A DNA stretch of 63,907 nucleotides, filler included, from Collodictyon triciliatum (taxonomy: Eukaryota), in the NCBI GenBank assembly GCA_043381765.1. It is 13 parts of 13 records of this genome, joined end to end, with 100 filler letters (N's around TTAATTAATTAA, not from the genome) between each part and the next. Parts side by side here need not be neighbours in the genome. Positions count along the whole stretch, not along the records: positions 10,134 to 15,077 come from JBHJMP010005604.1; positions 15,178 to 20,132 come from JBHJMP010005605.1; positions 20,233 to 25,189 come from JBHJMP010005606.1; 10 more parts are not named here. One strand, given 5' to 3'. Position numbers and translations under genes: made by a program. This document shows, in pieces, positions 12,194-24,847 of the stretch. The notes under the pieces are model-generated. The model made no database searches, was not told where the DNA came from, and saw nothing but the letters and a program-made list of their open reading frames with translations. How positions within the stretch are numbered: position 1 is the first letter of the stretch; each line of letters begins with the position of its first letter.

Positions 12194-14778
12194 ATGACAC
12201 CGTCGGCCGAGCCTCTCTCTGTGTTTGCCCGGCTGCTTGTGCAGGCTTACCGTTTCGTGTCTGCTTATTCTCGCCCTTTTCTGCAGCTACATTTGTGGAG
12301 GCGGCAGTTTTCACCGGGCAAGGAACACAACGACCCTCTGCGCAGAGCCGAACGCTGGGGGATTCTCCCACAGAATCTGCCCTCTCTTGCCCCAGTGCAA
12401 CTGCAAGCCCAGACGCGCCTTTGGTTCCATACAGCCTCTGTGGGTAATCACGCCGCCGCTTTATCTTTTCTTATATTCTCTGTTTCATTCATTCAATTTG
12501 TTGTGCTTGCCAGTTGACGAAGCCCCAGTGAATATTTTTTTTTTCATTTTTACTGTGTTTGGCTTCGTGTGACTTCTCTTATGGTATTCTGCTTGTTAGG
12601 CGAGTCTCTCTCAATTATTCCGCTACTGAGAAATCTCCGCTCTCAAGCGACCGCTGAGAGTCTTCATATCATCGTCACTTGTTGCACAGTCACTGCAGAT
12701 GATATTCTCCGACGAAGGCTGTGTGACCTTGGCATCGATCACGTGGTGCTGTCCGAATATTTTTATTGAATTATGTAATGTAATGTATGTATGTATGAAT
12801 TAATTCATTTATTCATTTATTGTGCATCCAAATTCTCTGTTATGAGTATGTGTTTTTATCTTCAGTTTGCTCCTATTGACCACCCAGAGGCTGTATCAAG
12901 ATTTTTGGATTCCTGGAAGCCTACAGGGGCAGTATGGGTTGAAAGTGAGCTCTGGCCAAATATGATTTTAGAGACGTCCAGTAGAAATGTACGATTAATT
13001 TGAAGAAAAAATCAAGAACGAAGTTTTTCTTTACATAAACCTGCACGAAAATCGCTCTAGATTCTTGTGCTTTTGATAAATGGTCGAATGTCCGATAAGT
13101 CCTTTTAGAGATGGACCTCGAACTCAATATTCTCTGAGATAGCATCTCACTTATTGAGTCACTTCAAGGCAGTCATTTGCCAGAGTGCCAGTGACAGATA
13201 CAAATTTTCTTACTTTTGCGTTGAGCCGAGTTACTATGGAAACTTAAAATATGGTATTGCCTCTGATTAAACTTATCATGTTCATGTAATCTTCCTAATC
13301 TTCCTTCTATTATTTCCTTTATTTCCATTTTCCTTCATTTTTATTATGTCATTCTGTTCATTTTGGGTGATGGTTGAATTATAAATCCATTCATCTGTAA
13401 AAATTTGCTTCTTTTTTCTTCTTTTTTTCTTCTTTTTTCTTCTTTTTTCTTCTTTTTTCTTCTTTTTTCTTCTTTTTCATAATTTCGCTGCCCTGTTTTT
13501 TCACAGCAAAGCCTTCGTTGTCATCCCCTGATTATCTTAAAAGCATTGAGTTGCAAAAATTGATATCAAATCGATCAGTATGGCTCGCAGCTAGCACCCA
13601 TGAACTGGAAGAGAACGGTGAAGTTATGCCCATCAGTGCGACTGTATTTCTTTCTTTCTCTCTTTCCTGAATTAAACGAAGGGCTGATAAATTTTAGTTA
13701 TTCTACGACCCACATCCAGCTCCAGAAAACTTTTTCTGACTTGCTCACCATAATTGCCTCTCGACATCCAGAAAGGGCCCCTTTCATCCATGATGTAAAT
13801 CTTGCACCCCTCACATTTGAATTACAATTGCAATAGCAAAACCAATATGGCTATCCTCTGATTGCGGTAGCATTTGTAAAATAACTATTCTGATTCTCAA
13901 ACTAAAAAGCTCTTATTTGTCAAAGTCACACATAAATACTGATTTTCATAGAAAAGCGAAATTGTGCACATAAGCAGTCTATCTCGCTCCTCCGGCCAGG
14001 CTCTACATCCATATACTCAACTATATATTGTGGATACCATTGGTGAGTAAAGCTATTATTCTACTTTTCCTTTGAATCTGCATGATATGAGGGGAATTGG
14101 TGGGCTAAGATATAGGTTAGGATAAGTTTTTGTAAAATAATCTGGCCAGTTTACCTCATGGTTTTGGCGGACTTCAAATAGGAGAAATGCTTTCGCTGTA
14201 TGAAGCCTTGGATATAGTGCTTATGGGCGGGTCCTTGTTTCCCTGCTATGGAGGACACAATCCTATCGAGCCTTCCTTTATGCGCTGTATTGTTCTTCAT
14301 GGTCTTTACGTTTCAAACTTTTCCGAAATATACGCATCTATGGGAGACCATTTCATGCAGGTATTGTGATGGCAGTACCGCCTCACGTTATTCATGAATA
14401 TTTATTTTCTTGATGATTTTCCATGTTGAATTGCCTTCATTTTTCTTTTTATTAGCTTTTTATTCTCTTTTTTTTTATTCTCTTTTTTTATTCTCTTTTT
14501 TTTATTCTCTTTTTGAATATGCTCTTAATCTTTTCTTTTTATTATCTTTTTGAATCTGCTCCTGAAATTGAAATGCTTGGTTTTGCACTTTCTAGGTTTC
14601 TAATGAGAGCGAACTTGTATCCAAAGTCGGGCGCCTTTTGGAGATGAAGATAAAAGATTCTGAGGCTGTGAAGCTGATTCAAAATGCAACCCACCAAGCA
14701 ATATCATCCAGGGAGGACCCGTGCAGAAAAGTAACAGAGTCCCTCTGCATTCATTTTACCATCCCTATGAACGTCTAG
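12194..14778 (+). pseudogene. waaA: Kdo (3-deoxy-D-manno-octulosonate) transferase, GT30, about 9 exons; in-frame TAG at 13106-13108 and a possible 1-nt frameshift near 13700
   Basis: Motifs WFHTASVGE, FAPID, WVESELWPNMI, NGRMSDKSF*RW, GNLKY, WLAASTHE, IIASRHPER, YIVDTIGEM, MGGSL, GGHNPIEP; terminal TAG 14776-14778. Family identity is firm; pseudogene status is not. Confidence 0.85.
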
Positions 14779-15245
14779 CGTTTCAACAAAATGCTGCTAC
14801 ATAAACTTGGAAAGAAGGGTATATATATATATGTGCGCTTGTCAACTCTGTCATGAATTGAGATCCTCTTCAATTCCGAATCATACATGGTTGTTCCCTC
14901 TTTTTTGTTATTTTTGTTTTGTTTTGTTTTGTTGTTGTTTTTGTTGTTGTTTTTGTTGTTGTTTTTGTTGTTGTTTTTGTTGTTGTTTTTGTTGTTTTTG
15001 TTGTTTTTGTTGTTTTTGTTGTTTTTGTTGTTTTTTGGCGAACTTAGCAGCCTGCTGTTTTGTGTGATCGCAAAGCCNNNNNNNNNNNNNNNNNNNNNNN
15101 NNNNNNNNNNNNNNNNNNNNNTTAATTAATTAANNNNNNNNNNNNNNNNNNNNNNNNNNNNNNNNNNNNNNNNNNNNAAAAAAAAGGGAGGGGCCAAAAG
15201 GCGAAGGGGGTTTCCTCGGGTTTTTTTTATATAAAAAAAAAAAAG

Positions 15246-15283
<38 letters not shown>

Positions 15284-15617
15284 AGGCGAAGGGAAGAAAA
15301 AGATTAGGGAGAAAATGAATCCCTTCCGAGGAATGGGTTCAAGTCCACCCGGGTTGAATTTGTTATTCCCAACGCCAGCGCCCCGTAGAAAACGACGCCC
15401 GTTGACGAAAGGGACACAGCCGCGCACCCAAAATATGGGTTTTTCCTCGTTATCATGGCAGCCACTAAACTCTTGTTTTTATGTCGCTGTCACAGAATCG
15501 GCTGACTGTGTGGGACAGGCTAAAGGTGTTGGAAGATGTCATGAAAACCGACATATTCTAGCGACAATATAAACTCCACATAAGATTATTTTCATCGAAT
15601 ATAAGTGCTTGTTTTGC

Positions 15618-15671
15618 TTTTTTTTTTCCTTTTTTCGATTCAAAGCGGAGCGAGGTTATGCCATACAAAGG
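15618..15671 (-). mobile_element. LINE 3'-end stub (about 55 nt)
   Basis: Reverse complement CCTTTGTATGGCATAACCTCGCTCCGCTTTGAATCGAAAAAAGGA(n) matches the end of 54252-54539. Confidence 0.85.
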
Positions 15672-16823
15672 CAGCTTCCAATGAAGGACACCAGCTAAAA
15701 TTTCAGTATGGATTAAAATCGATACTATAAATTAAATACCATATATTTGAAGTGTTTGTTGCTATGCGAAAATGTCCAAACCAAGGCCAGAGATTTTTTC
15801 ATTTTTTTTGTTCTAAAAATCTTAGCTGTTGAGCCCGTCTCAACAACTTTCATTCGGCCATCAGGAAAGTTGTTAAAAAGTAGGTGAGGATGTATGGGTG
15901 ATAGAAAAAAGAAAAAGAGATAAAAGAAAAAAGGGAAAAGAGAGGTGTTCTTGAGGCTTGATAGGAGACGCATGGATTTCTTTTGGGGACGCGTGATAGT
16001 GTCCCACGAGCATGAGAAAAAAGGGACGGGTGATATTGATTGGATGGAGGTGGGGGAATACTGCTTTGATGGCGCAAGGTGTCGAAAAGGAAGGCGCCCA
16101 GAAAAGTTGCTTCAAACCCCAGCCCTCGGACATGAGGCAGTTTTCTCATCAGCTTGTGGATGCCAAAGTTGCTTATTCACATCTGGAATATTATGTGCTT
16201 TACCGTAATTTCCTTATATAACCCCATTATATACACAGTCTGCATATATTACATACAATATATATAATTTACCCAGACCTTATTCTGTAAGGCTGTGGTA
16301 GTCTGTATTTCCTTCATCACCAGCTTATGGAACTCTGCTTTTCCTAAAGTAAGGTGCATTTGCGATGACCTTTGCTGATGATGCATTATACACTTCGCGT
16401 CATAATGTCGTCACATGTCTATTTTGGCGGGAATATTTTTCCAGTGTTGGAACAGGCAGGTTTATAGTACATAGACTTATGGCGGTCTGTGTGGTGCAAA
16501 GACCAATCTTCGCGTCCGACGCGGAGTGATATTTCGCCGCGGGTGTGGAATAGTCGCCAACCAGCAAGTATATAACACCCAGCGGTGAAGTGACGTGTGT
16601 TATCTTGATAGCGTCTTTCAATCCCTCAGGCGGCCTGTTATTGAGCTTATCGCTTCACATCACTATCACTTGTGGGCGTACACAACAGGAAGACTGCACA
16701 GCCACCCAAGTATAGCACGCAGGACAGGAAAAAACTAGTTAATGAAGTGAATCGAAGATTACTGGCCTCTCGTAATAGGAACATAATCGCTAGCCACGCT
16801 AACCCCTTTCCCACTGCCCCAGG

Positions 16824-18257
16824 ATGCGTTCATCTGTGATCCTTGCCATCGTGCTGCTGGCTGCCGTGGTCAGCGCCGTCCCCTACCGCCGCAACGTCGA
16901 GCCCCAAGTCTTCGAGGCCATGCAGAAGAACGGAGGCAAGGCCGACGTCTACATCCAGCTGCCTCTCTTCAGCTGGGACATGCAGAGCCTGGAGAAGATG
17001 CCCCGCGCTGAGCGCCTGTGGCACGTCTACAAGTCCCTGCAGGCCCACGCCGAGCACCTGGGTAGCCCAGTGCGCCAGTTTGCCGCCTCGCACAACCTGC
17101 AGATCCGCCCCTACTGGATCGCCAACATTGTCAAGGTCTTTGACGCCACCCCCGAGTTTGTGGAGCGCGTGTCGCAGCTGCCGTTGGTGCAAGCCATCCA
17201 CCTGGAGCGCTTCCTGCCAGTCCCCGAGCTGATTGACGCCCAAGAGGCCACCAACTCGACCATCACAGCCGAGTGGGGAGTCAACATGGTGCAGGCACCA
17301 GCTGTCTGGTCGCTCGGCTACAAGGGCCAGGGCATCACCGTCGCCAATATTGACTCAGGAGTCCGCGGCACACACGTTGCCCTCAAGGCCAACTACCGTG
17401 GTACCCTCACTGGGTCAGATGACTACAACTGGTACGACAAGACACGCCAGGCCACCGCCTCCCCCTCGGACGGCAACGGCCACGGCACACACACCATGGG
17501 CACCATTGCCGGCTCTGAAGCCTCCGGCATCGGTGTCGCCCCCGCTTCTGTCTGGATTGCCGGCAAGGGCTGCAGTTCTGTTTCCTGCTCCACCGCTGAT
17601 CTGCTTGGCTCCGGTGAGTTCCTCGCCTGCCCAACCCGTGCTGACGGCCGCAACCCCGACTGCACCAAGGCCCCCCACGTTATTAACAACTCTTGGGCTG
17701 GAGGCCAAGGCGACACATGGTACCAGGGAGTGATCACCTCGTGGCTCGCTGCAGGCATCATCCCCGTCTTCTCTGCCGGAAACTCTGGCCCGGGCTGCAG
17801 CACCGCCAACTCACCGGCCGACAACAACAACGTGATCTCCGTGGCCGCCTCGGATGCCTCGGACACACTTGCGTCGTTCTCATCCCGCGGCCCCGCAGTG
17901 GCCGGCTCCGGCATTGGGCGCCAGAAGCCCGAGATCACGGCGCCCGGTGTGGCTGTGCGCTCGTCGTGGAACACAGGCGACTCTGCATACAACTCGATCT
18001 CCGGTACCTCCATGGCCGGCCCCCACGTCGCCGGTGTTGTTGCGCTGATGCTCAACGCCAACCCGCGCCTGACCTACCAGCAGATCTACGACACGATCAA
18101 CTCGTCGGCAGACACGGCGTCGCTGAAGCAGCCGACCGGAGCCCTGACGTGCGGCGGCGTCGCATGGAACTCGTTCCCCAACTTCCACTACGGATACGGC
18201 CGCATCAACGCGCTCAAGGCCGTCCAGGTGGCCACGTCGCTTGCCCAGGACAACTAA
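16824..18257 (+). CDS. Secreted S8 subtilisin-like serine protease (bacillopeptidase F-like), intronless, 477 aa
   Basis: Signal peptide, prodomain, catalytic IDSG / HGTHTMGT / GTSMAGP, oxyanion SAGNSG; AATAAA about 20 nt after the stop; high GC3. Confidence 0.97.
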   Translation: MRSSVILAIVLLAAVVSAVPYRRNVEPQVFEAMQKNGGKADVYIQLPLFSWDMQSLEKMPRAERLWHVYKSLQAHAEHLGSPVRQFAASHNLQIRPYWIANIVKVFDATPEFVERVSQLPLVQAIHLERFLPVPELIDAQEATNSTITAEWGVNMVQAPAVWSLGYKGQGITVANIDSGVRGTHVALKANYRGTLTGSDDYNWYDKTRQATASPSDGNGHGTHTMGTIAGSEASGIGVAPASVWIAGKGCSSVSCSTADLLGSGEFLACPTRADGRNPDCTKAPHVINNSWAGGQGDTWYQGVITSWLAAGIIPVFSAGNSGPGCSTANSPADNNNVISVAASDASDTLASFSSRGPAVAGSGIGRQKPEITAPGVAVRSSWNTGDSAYNSISGTSMAGPHVAGVVALMLNANPRLTYQQIYDTINSSADTASLKQPTGALTCGGVAWNSFPNFHYGYGRINALKAVQVATSLAQDN

Positions 18258-18354
18258 GCAGGCTCTCTCCATAGAAAGAATAAACGAAGTACCCGCGCCA
18301 CCCCTGCCTGTCCCTTCTGTGCTGCGCGACCGTTTATTTCTGTGCGGGCGGCGC

Positions 18355-19414
18355 TCACTCGTCCCAGTCGGCGGAGGCGGTCGGCGCGAACGTCCCGGCG
18401 AGCGCTGTGGCGATGTCTGTGGGGGGGGGGGCGTGAGTGTGAGAGTTGTGGGTGAGTGTGAGAGTTATGGGTGTGTGGGGCACCGGCCTCTGCGCTGGGC
18501 GGCTGTCAGGTGTGCCGGGAAGTCGACGCGGACGGCCACAAGCAGGCGGCCCCGCGAGGCACTGCGCCCCAGCCGCGGCATCCCCTCCGCCTCCACCGCC
18601 ACGATCGTCCCCGGCCGCGTGATGCCCTCTGCGCCCACCGCCACCGCGTGGCCGTCCAGGTGCGTGAGGGCCCGCCGGAAGCCAAGCAGCGCCTGCGCGA
18701 GTGTGGTCATGTGGCTGTGGTCATGTGGCTGTGGCTATGTGGCTGTGGCTGTGGCCTACCTCCAGCAGGGTGATGCGGGTCTCGGTGTGTAGGTCGGTGC
18801 CGTTGCGCTTGAATGTGTAGTCCGGGGCTATGCGCAGGCGCACAACCAGACGCCCAGGGGTGTGGCCAGGGATTTCGTGGGACTTTTGGTCCAGCACCTG
18901 GTTGATGGGAGTGATGGGAGTGATGGGAGTGATGGGAGTGATGGGAGTGATGGGGGTGATGGGGGTGATGAGAGTGATGGGATTGGTGTGATTGGTGTTA
19001 CAATCTCGTGTCCGTCGTCCACGCCAGGTGGGATTTGGATGTCGACAGTTTCTTCCCTCAGGATGATGGAGCGGCCCTGCGTTCAGAAGCGGTGGAGATG
19101 GGCGTGTTGTTGCATTGCATTTTGTGGAAGCAGCGGAGAGACCAATCACGCGATTGTGCATGGGCGGAGTGTTGCATATGACCGCAAATAAAGAAGAAAA
19201 AGAAAAGAGTATCTTGAGGCGAAAATTATAGGCCTTTATGCAGTCAAAGATATTATTTTTTCTTTTTAATTCCGATAGGCATTGTTGCCATCCATTAATT
19301 CTTGGATGTTCAAAACTTTAAGGTCACAGAGTGTTGACTTAATCAAAACAAAACAAAACAAAACAAAACAAAACAAAACAAAACAAAACAAAACAAAACA
19401 AAACAAAACAAAAC

Positions 19415-19445
<31 letters not shown>

Positions 19446-19946
19446 GTAAATCAAACAGAGGAAAGATGGGTCATCAACAGACTTACATCGCATAGCCTAC
19501 AGGCTTTCCGAATAACCTTTCCAGTTCCACCGCAAGCGTTGCAACTATATCATTTACATTTTTTTCATTGTCATGGTAAGACCAAATATGCCACATTCCC
19601 AAGAGTAAAATAAAAACCGATGACATAAAGTCAAGTAATAAAATATAAAGAAAATAAGCATAAGATAGAAAAGAAAGAAAATCAAAGAAAGAAAATCAAA
19701 GAAAGAAAATCAAAGAAAGAAAAAGAAAGAAAAAGAAAGAAAGAAACGAAGCAAATTAAGATAAATATGTCTTGTGCCCCCTTGGGTTCCATACTGAGCT
19801 TGTGTTTTGAAGACATTTCTTCCCATCCGAATCGTCTGTGTAACCATCCCGCTCCCAGAACACTGCCTACATTGGACAATATCGTTTTTGGAGTCTGCTT
19901 TGGTTCCTTGGCAGTGAGGGCAGATGACATGACGTTCATAAGAGAC
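18355..19946 (-). CDS. Type I DnaJ/Hsp40 (zinc finger plus C-terminal domain; J domain off contig)
   Basis: Exons give CPHCQGT, CRQCSGSG, CNACGGTG, IQIPPGVDDG, FKRNGTDLH..ITLLEALLGF, EGMP, VDFP, ending ADWDE*; last intron has a GC donor. Confidence 0.92.
18905..18980 (+). repeat. (ATGGGAGTG)n 9-mer in a DnaJ intron; also (AAAAC)n 19345-19442 and (GTAT)n 20037-20132
   Basis: Read directly. Confidence 0.9.
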
Positions 19947-20592
19947 CTGGGGATGAATTCATTTTCATTTATAAACTTCCCACCTTCCCACCCAACACAG
20001 TTGAAACAGTAGAGTTAAAAATTGTAGCTTGACGACGTATGTATGTATGTATGTATGTATGTATGTATGTATGTATGTATGTATGTATGTATGTATGTAT
20101 GTATGTATGTATGTATGTATGTATGTATGTATNNNNNNNNNNNNNNNNNNNNNNNNNNNNNNNNNNNNNNNNNNNNTTAATTAATTAANNNNNNNNNNNN
20201 NNNNNNNNNNNNNNNNNNNNNNNNNNNNNNNNGTTTTTTTGTTTTTTTGTTTTTTTGTTTTTTTGTTTTTTTGTTTTTTTGCTTTTTGTTTTTTTGTTTT
20301 TTTGTTTTTTGATCTTTGTGGGATCATACACACAAACAATATGGATGAGCGAATTAGGATAAAGGGGATTTCAGTTGCCCGAGTGTATGACTTGGGGGGC
20401 TCGTCTGAGGTTGTTTGTTGGTGTGAGTGTCGCTTCTGTTTGGAGCTACTCTAAGTTTATTGGTTTTCCTTTGTTTTGGTTGGGCTAAAGATGTTTTTTT
20501 CTATAAAATCTCCTTAATGTGGGGAAGTTTGGCCCCCCAAAGATAGGCAGGAAGTAAACAAAGATGTAAGGGACGAGAGAACTTTTTGGTTT

Positions 20593-23500
20593 TCATACGC
20601 CGCGGGGTTTTGGATTCGGTCGAAACCATTTTGTGTCCGCACGAAGCTCTCTGCCGCTGCTGTGCATGTGAATCATGACCTCGTTAGACTTGAGTGCGAA
20701 TATTAAAGTAATCATTGGTGAGCCGTGGCTTGTTGAATGGAGGTGCAGGTGCACGCTTTTTTCACTTATACGCCCATCAACGATGGACAGCCCCTTGGAT
20801 TTTTTATGTGACATATATCCATACAACTGATTATTCGCTTGACTTAAGAACAGCTTATCTCCGATATCATTTCTCCATTCCCCATTGACATCGACCTTTA
20901 AATCCTGGTGAGAGCACTCATCTATACCGATAAAAATCGCGATAAGCAACCAGAAGAATTAGAGTGGTGTATCGAAACAATTAACACGACTTACGGTTCC
21001 TGTTTTCCTTCATGCGCAACTCAAATACTTTAGATTTATCCAATGATTTTAAAATAATTTTACTGTCGTCTCCATGAGAGACATTCAACAGGAGAAAATC
21101 CCTATGGGCCACCATCGCATTCCACCACTTTGGCTCGGCATGGGTTATTGGGTTTTCAATCGAAAATATCTCCAGTATCACGTTTACCGCCCCGATGTGT
21201 TTAGAGTGTGCTTCTTGTGGTGACATTTTATGACAACATGTTGGAATAAGTTTTCCTATCCCAAACCAACCACTTCCACGGGCATCGATCTCAGAAGATA
21301 AAAATATGTTTTCATTATGTTGGTGTATTACTACATCTGTTTCTTTTTCGTTTCTAAATTTGAAAGGTTTAGTTATTATGCCGGCCCATAGTCCGGACAA
21401 ATTGCTTTGGTTCCTATAAATTCTTTCGTTCAGGTTGGACAAGCTGCACATGTCTTTAGAGTAATGTTCCGAAAAAGAGCGAAAGAATCCGCTCACTCTC
21501 TTTTCGTTCATGAGCCCTTGAATATCTTTTCAAATATAAAAGAAGATATTATTGATTCGATTTCACTTACAAAAGAAGACAAATCACTCAACAATAGTGA
21601 AACGAGTGTCCTAATTAAAATAATACTTTCACTTACGAGATATGTTGTGTTTTTCAGACACCTTTTGTAATGTGATAATAGCATTTTTGTTCCCTAGTCC
21701 AGTATACACTAGCTTCCCATTATCAGTCAGCTTCAATAGTGCCTCTTTCCTGGCTATTTGGTGTGGTAACCTATTCCGTTCCAGTATGACTCCCTTGAAG
21801 TAGGTTCCGTGTATTGAATTTGTTGAAGAATGGCCTTCGTTGATTACCGATACCCCAACTATGGCATTTCTGAGAGTACCGGATTTTACAAGAACCAATT
21901 TACTAGCACCATTTCCTACTATGTGCCATTTATTTTCATCGGAATCTCTCCATACTCCAGATATCTCATCCTCTGCCAATAATGGATCTGAAAATAATAA
22001 AGTAAACGACGTATTCAAATTAACTCGCCATTGAATAATAGTGTGCTACCTAGCTTGTGTTAAAAAAACTTTTTTTCTTAATTCAAACTCAATTCATCAT
22101 GACTCCCCTTTACTTGAAGGAAAATTCAATTTCATTACTTGCCTGGACCATGCACCCCGAATAAGTGTTGGTACTTCCTAAGCTTATCCTCCTGATCATA
22201 CTGACATGACATCTGCATATCCAAGCCCTATTTTTTTTTTTGTTTGATTAAATAACATGAATCTCTAAACATTAAATTATTCTCAGTATTAATTAGACTT
22301 ATATGACCAGATTACAATTTTTCATCAAATAAATAGACACATCATTTAAAAAGATATATGTATGCTATTACTGACAATTTATTGACTTTTGAATCTAATA
22401 TACTTATTTTAGAGAAATAATATCACTTACCTTGTTAGCTCCATCCCCGGAACCAATCGATAATCTACATAATCCAAGTTGAATAGTGGATTCTTTGACA
22501 CCAAATGAAACTATGCTGACTTCATTCCCAATGATTTTCCCCCAGGAGAATTCAGATGCGTGTCTCTCTTCGTTTTCGTAATAAGCACAGAATACGGAGC
22601 TTTGGAACTGCCGAACATACATAGACTTTGAAGCTTCTCCATTCAAAGACCACCTCCCAGATAACTTTGATAGAAAAATCTTTTAAAAAAATAAACCTCA
22701 TATAGAAACCGGTATCTACTTACTGTTGTCCTCTTGTGAATAATATTCTCTCTTGATTGTTTCCATATGTTGTCGTAGTACTTCCAAAAAATATCGACAA
22801 TATCCAAAAAGAATTTGTACGTCACTTCCTCAGCTTTATTTCCTCTGATGTAAAATCTTTGCGTGTTATAGTCACATGTTAAATACTGATCAATTAAGAC
22901 CAAGGGAAGTCAAATAATATTCAACATATTCAAGATATTATAAAATATATGATTTATCATATAGGAAAAAACCCTTTCTGGCCTCCATCCGTGAATGTAG
23001 GCGGTCTCATATTCCATATTTTTTCTGCCTCCTTTGTTACGGGGTTTTTCAAGAATCCATGGAATGTATATATGTCGCTAAGTTTTCCAGAAAACTTCTC
23101 GTTTGTTCCCCACATGTACTTAACAGGCAATTGGTAAATAGCCCAAGGATGTGCGAAATACTCCTATTAGTTTTTTTTTTGAAACACTTTTAACATACAC
23201 TAAAGATATCAATCGAATTTTTGTACTTTAGTCGGGTACATTACGATTACACAAAGGATATGAAAGGGAAAATCTAGCATATATATTCAACCTTCTTATT
23301 ACCGTAAAGAAACCGAATTCCCCACCATCCATGGATTCTATTCTAAAGCTTTCATTTATTATTTTGGTGTACTCTGCCATGTTTGGTGTAATAACCATTA
23401 AAGGCGGGTTCAGTTTGCTGCGCTTGCCTTTGTTTTTTTCAGACAAGTCTTCTAGGCGCCCTTTTTGTGGTGATTTAAACCATCCAGTTCCTGCTGGTGT

Positions 23501-24534
23501 GGCAGACTTTACAGTTTGCGCAATGGAACCAAGGCCATTAATTTAAATTTAGGAGAACACTATTATTTTATAAGTGCATGCGTATATGTAATGATCTCTT
23601 TGAAGCGATTTTTACTTCAAAGAACTATGAGAAAAATGAAATATGAAAAGAAATATACTAAAGGTGGGTATTACTAGAAAAAGCTCGTCTATGTTCTTCG
23701 TCACTATGACATCACTGTCTATGATAATAACTTTTCTGTATTCCACCAGCTCCCACGCACGAAACTTTGTGTAGGTTGAATAGTATCTATGTGAGCTGTA
23801 TTTGAAGCGACGGTATGTTGAATCGGGGTTTGGATTCCGCACCAGAGCGACGCGCTTTGTTCTAGCCCCAGACCTATGTATTATTTCAAGAATTCTTTCT
23901 GGAACCGCAATAGTGTGAAGGACGACACGATCATTATTTGTCCCTGTTTCGCTGGATAAAATAAACAATAAGTGGTTGTTGTTGTTGTTTTTGTTTTTCA
24001 GGGGAATGTGAATTCTTCCCTTCTTATCTTTTATTTTTAACCACACCTTGAAAGTAAAAGAAGCATTTTACAACTAGTAAATGAAAGGCTAAAAAAAAAA
24101 TAAATGTGAATGTAAACGTAGGAATCAAAGGTCATACTTTAGTCCTTGCACCAATGACAGCGTCCCTGGAATGAAAGACGCTGATGACAGCAAGGTGACA
24201 TAAGCGAGGTCTGATTTTTGGGGTACATGTGGATGAAAGCCATATGTTACAGGCCCGCCTACTAGTACGTTGTTTTCCGTTTGGTCTCCAGCAAAGAGCT
24301 CTTCCTAGAAAGTCCAGCCGAACCAACTTAGTAAAGATTCCTCTGCTTCAGAATCTCTCATGCATATCCTCATTATTTTTTTTTGATTCCCTTATATATA
24401 TTCACCTTGTGAAAGCCAGAAAGCCCTGCACGGTTGAAGGCGAAGTATGTGTGGACCATAACCATCGCCACCCCACTGAAGTAAATAAAACACATGTGGG
24501 AGCGCACAAAGGCCTGCTTTTCTGCTGTGCCCAT
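20593..24534 (-). CDS. GT8 (glycogenin/GUX-like) type II membrane glycosyltransferase with a long C-terminal extension, about 9-10 exons
   Basis: N-terminal signal anchor; AYVTLLSSASFIPG; YTKFRAWELVEYRKVIIIDSD; NIDELF; the three 3' ORFs join in frame through phase-1 GTAAGT...AG introns; link between GT8 core and extension not fully traced. Confidence 0.8.
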
Positions 24535-24847
24535 AGAATCCAACTTGCCGAGGTTTGCTTGATGCTCCCTGTGCCTACTTCTTCGCCCCCCGAGCCTTTT
24601 TTTTTCTCTTCTTACTTGCCTCTTAAGAAAAGTTAGGTCTGCTGAGCAACTAACGAAACTGCAGTTTTCGTCTGTTTTGCTTTTCTTTCCTTTGTCTCTC
24701 GTGCGGCCAATTGCTTAATTAGGCATCCTTATGTATCCGAACTGACCCGGCTTTTGTTGCAATGACTGGTTTCCGAATAGGTCGGCATCAATGACCAATC
24801 ACCAGATACCTTTGTGTGCGTTTTTGGGACTGGTGTGTCTCTAAGTG

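Noticed and set aside
16830-18792. Many overlapping alternative-frame and antisense ORFs
   Set aside because: Expected shadow ORFs of GC-rich coding sequence
20950-21636. Stop-codon readthrough linking the in-frame ORFs 21629-22018 and 20981-21511
   Set aside because: Explained by ordinary phase-1 GTAAGT...AG introns
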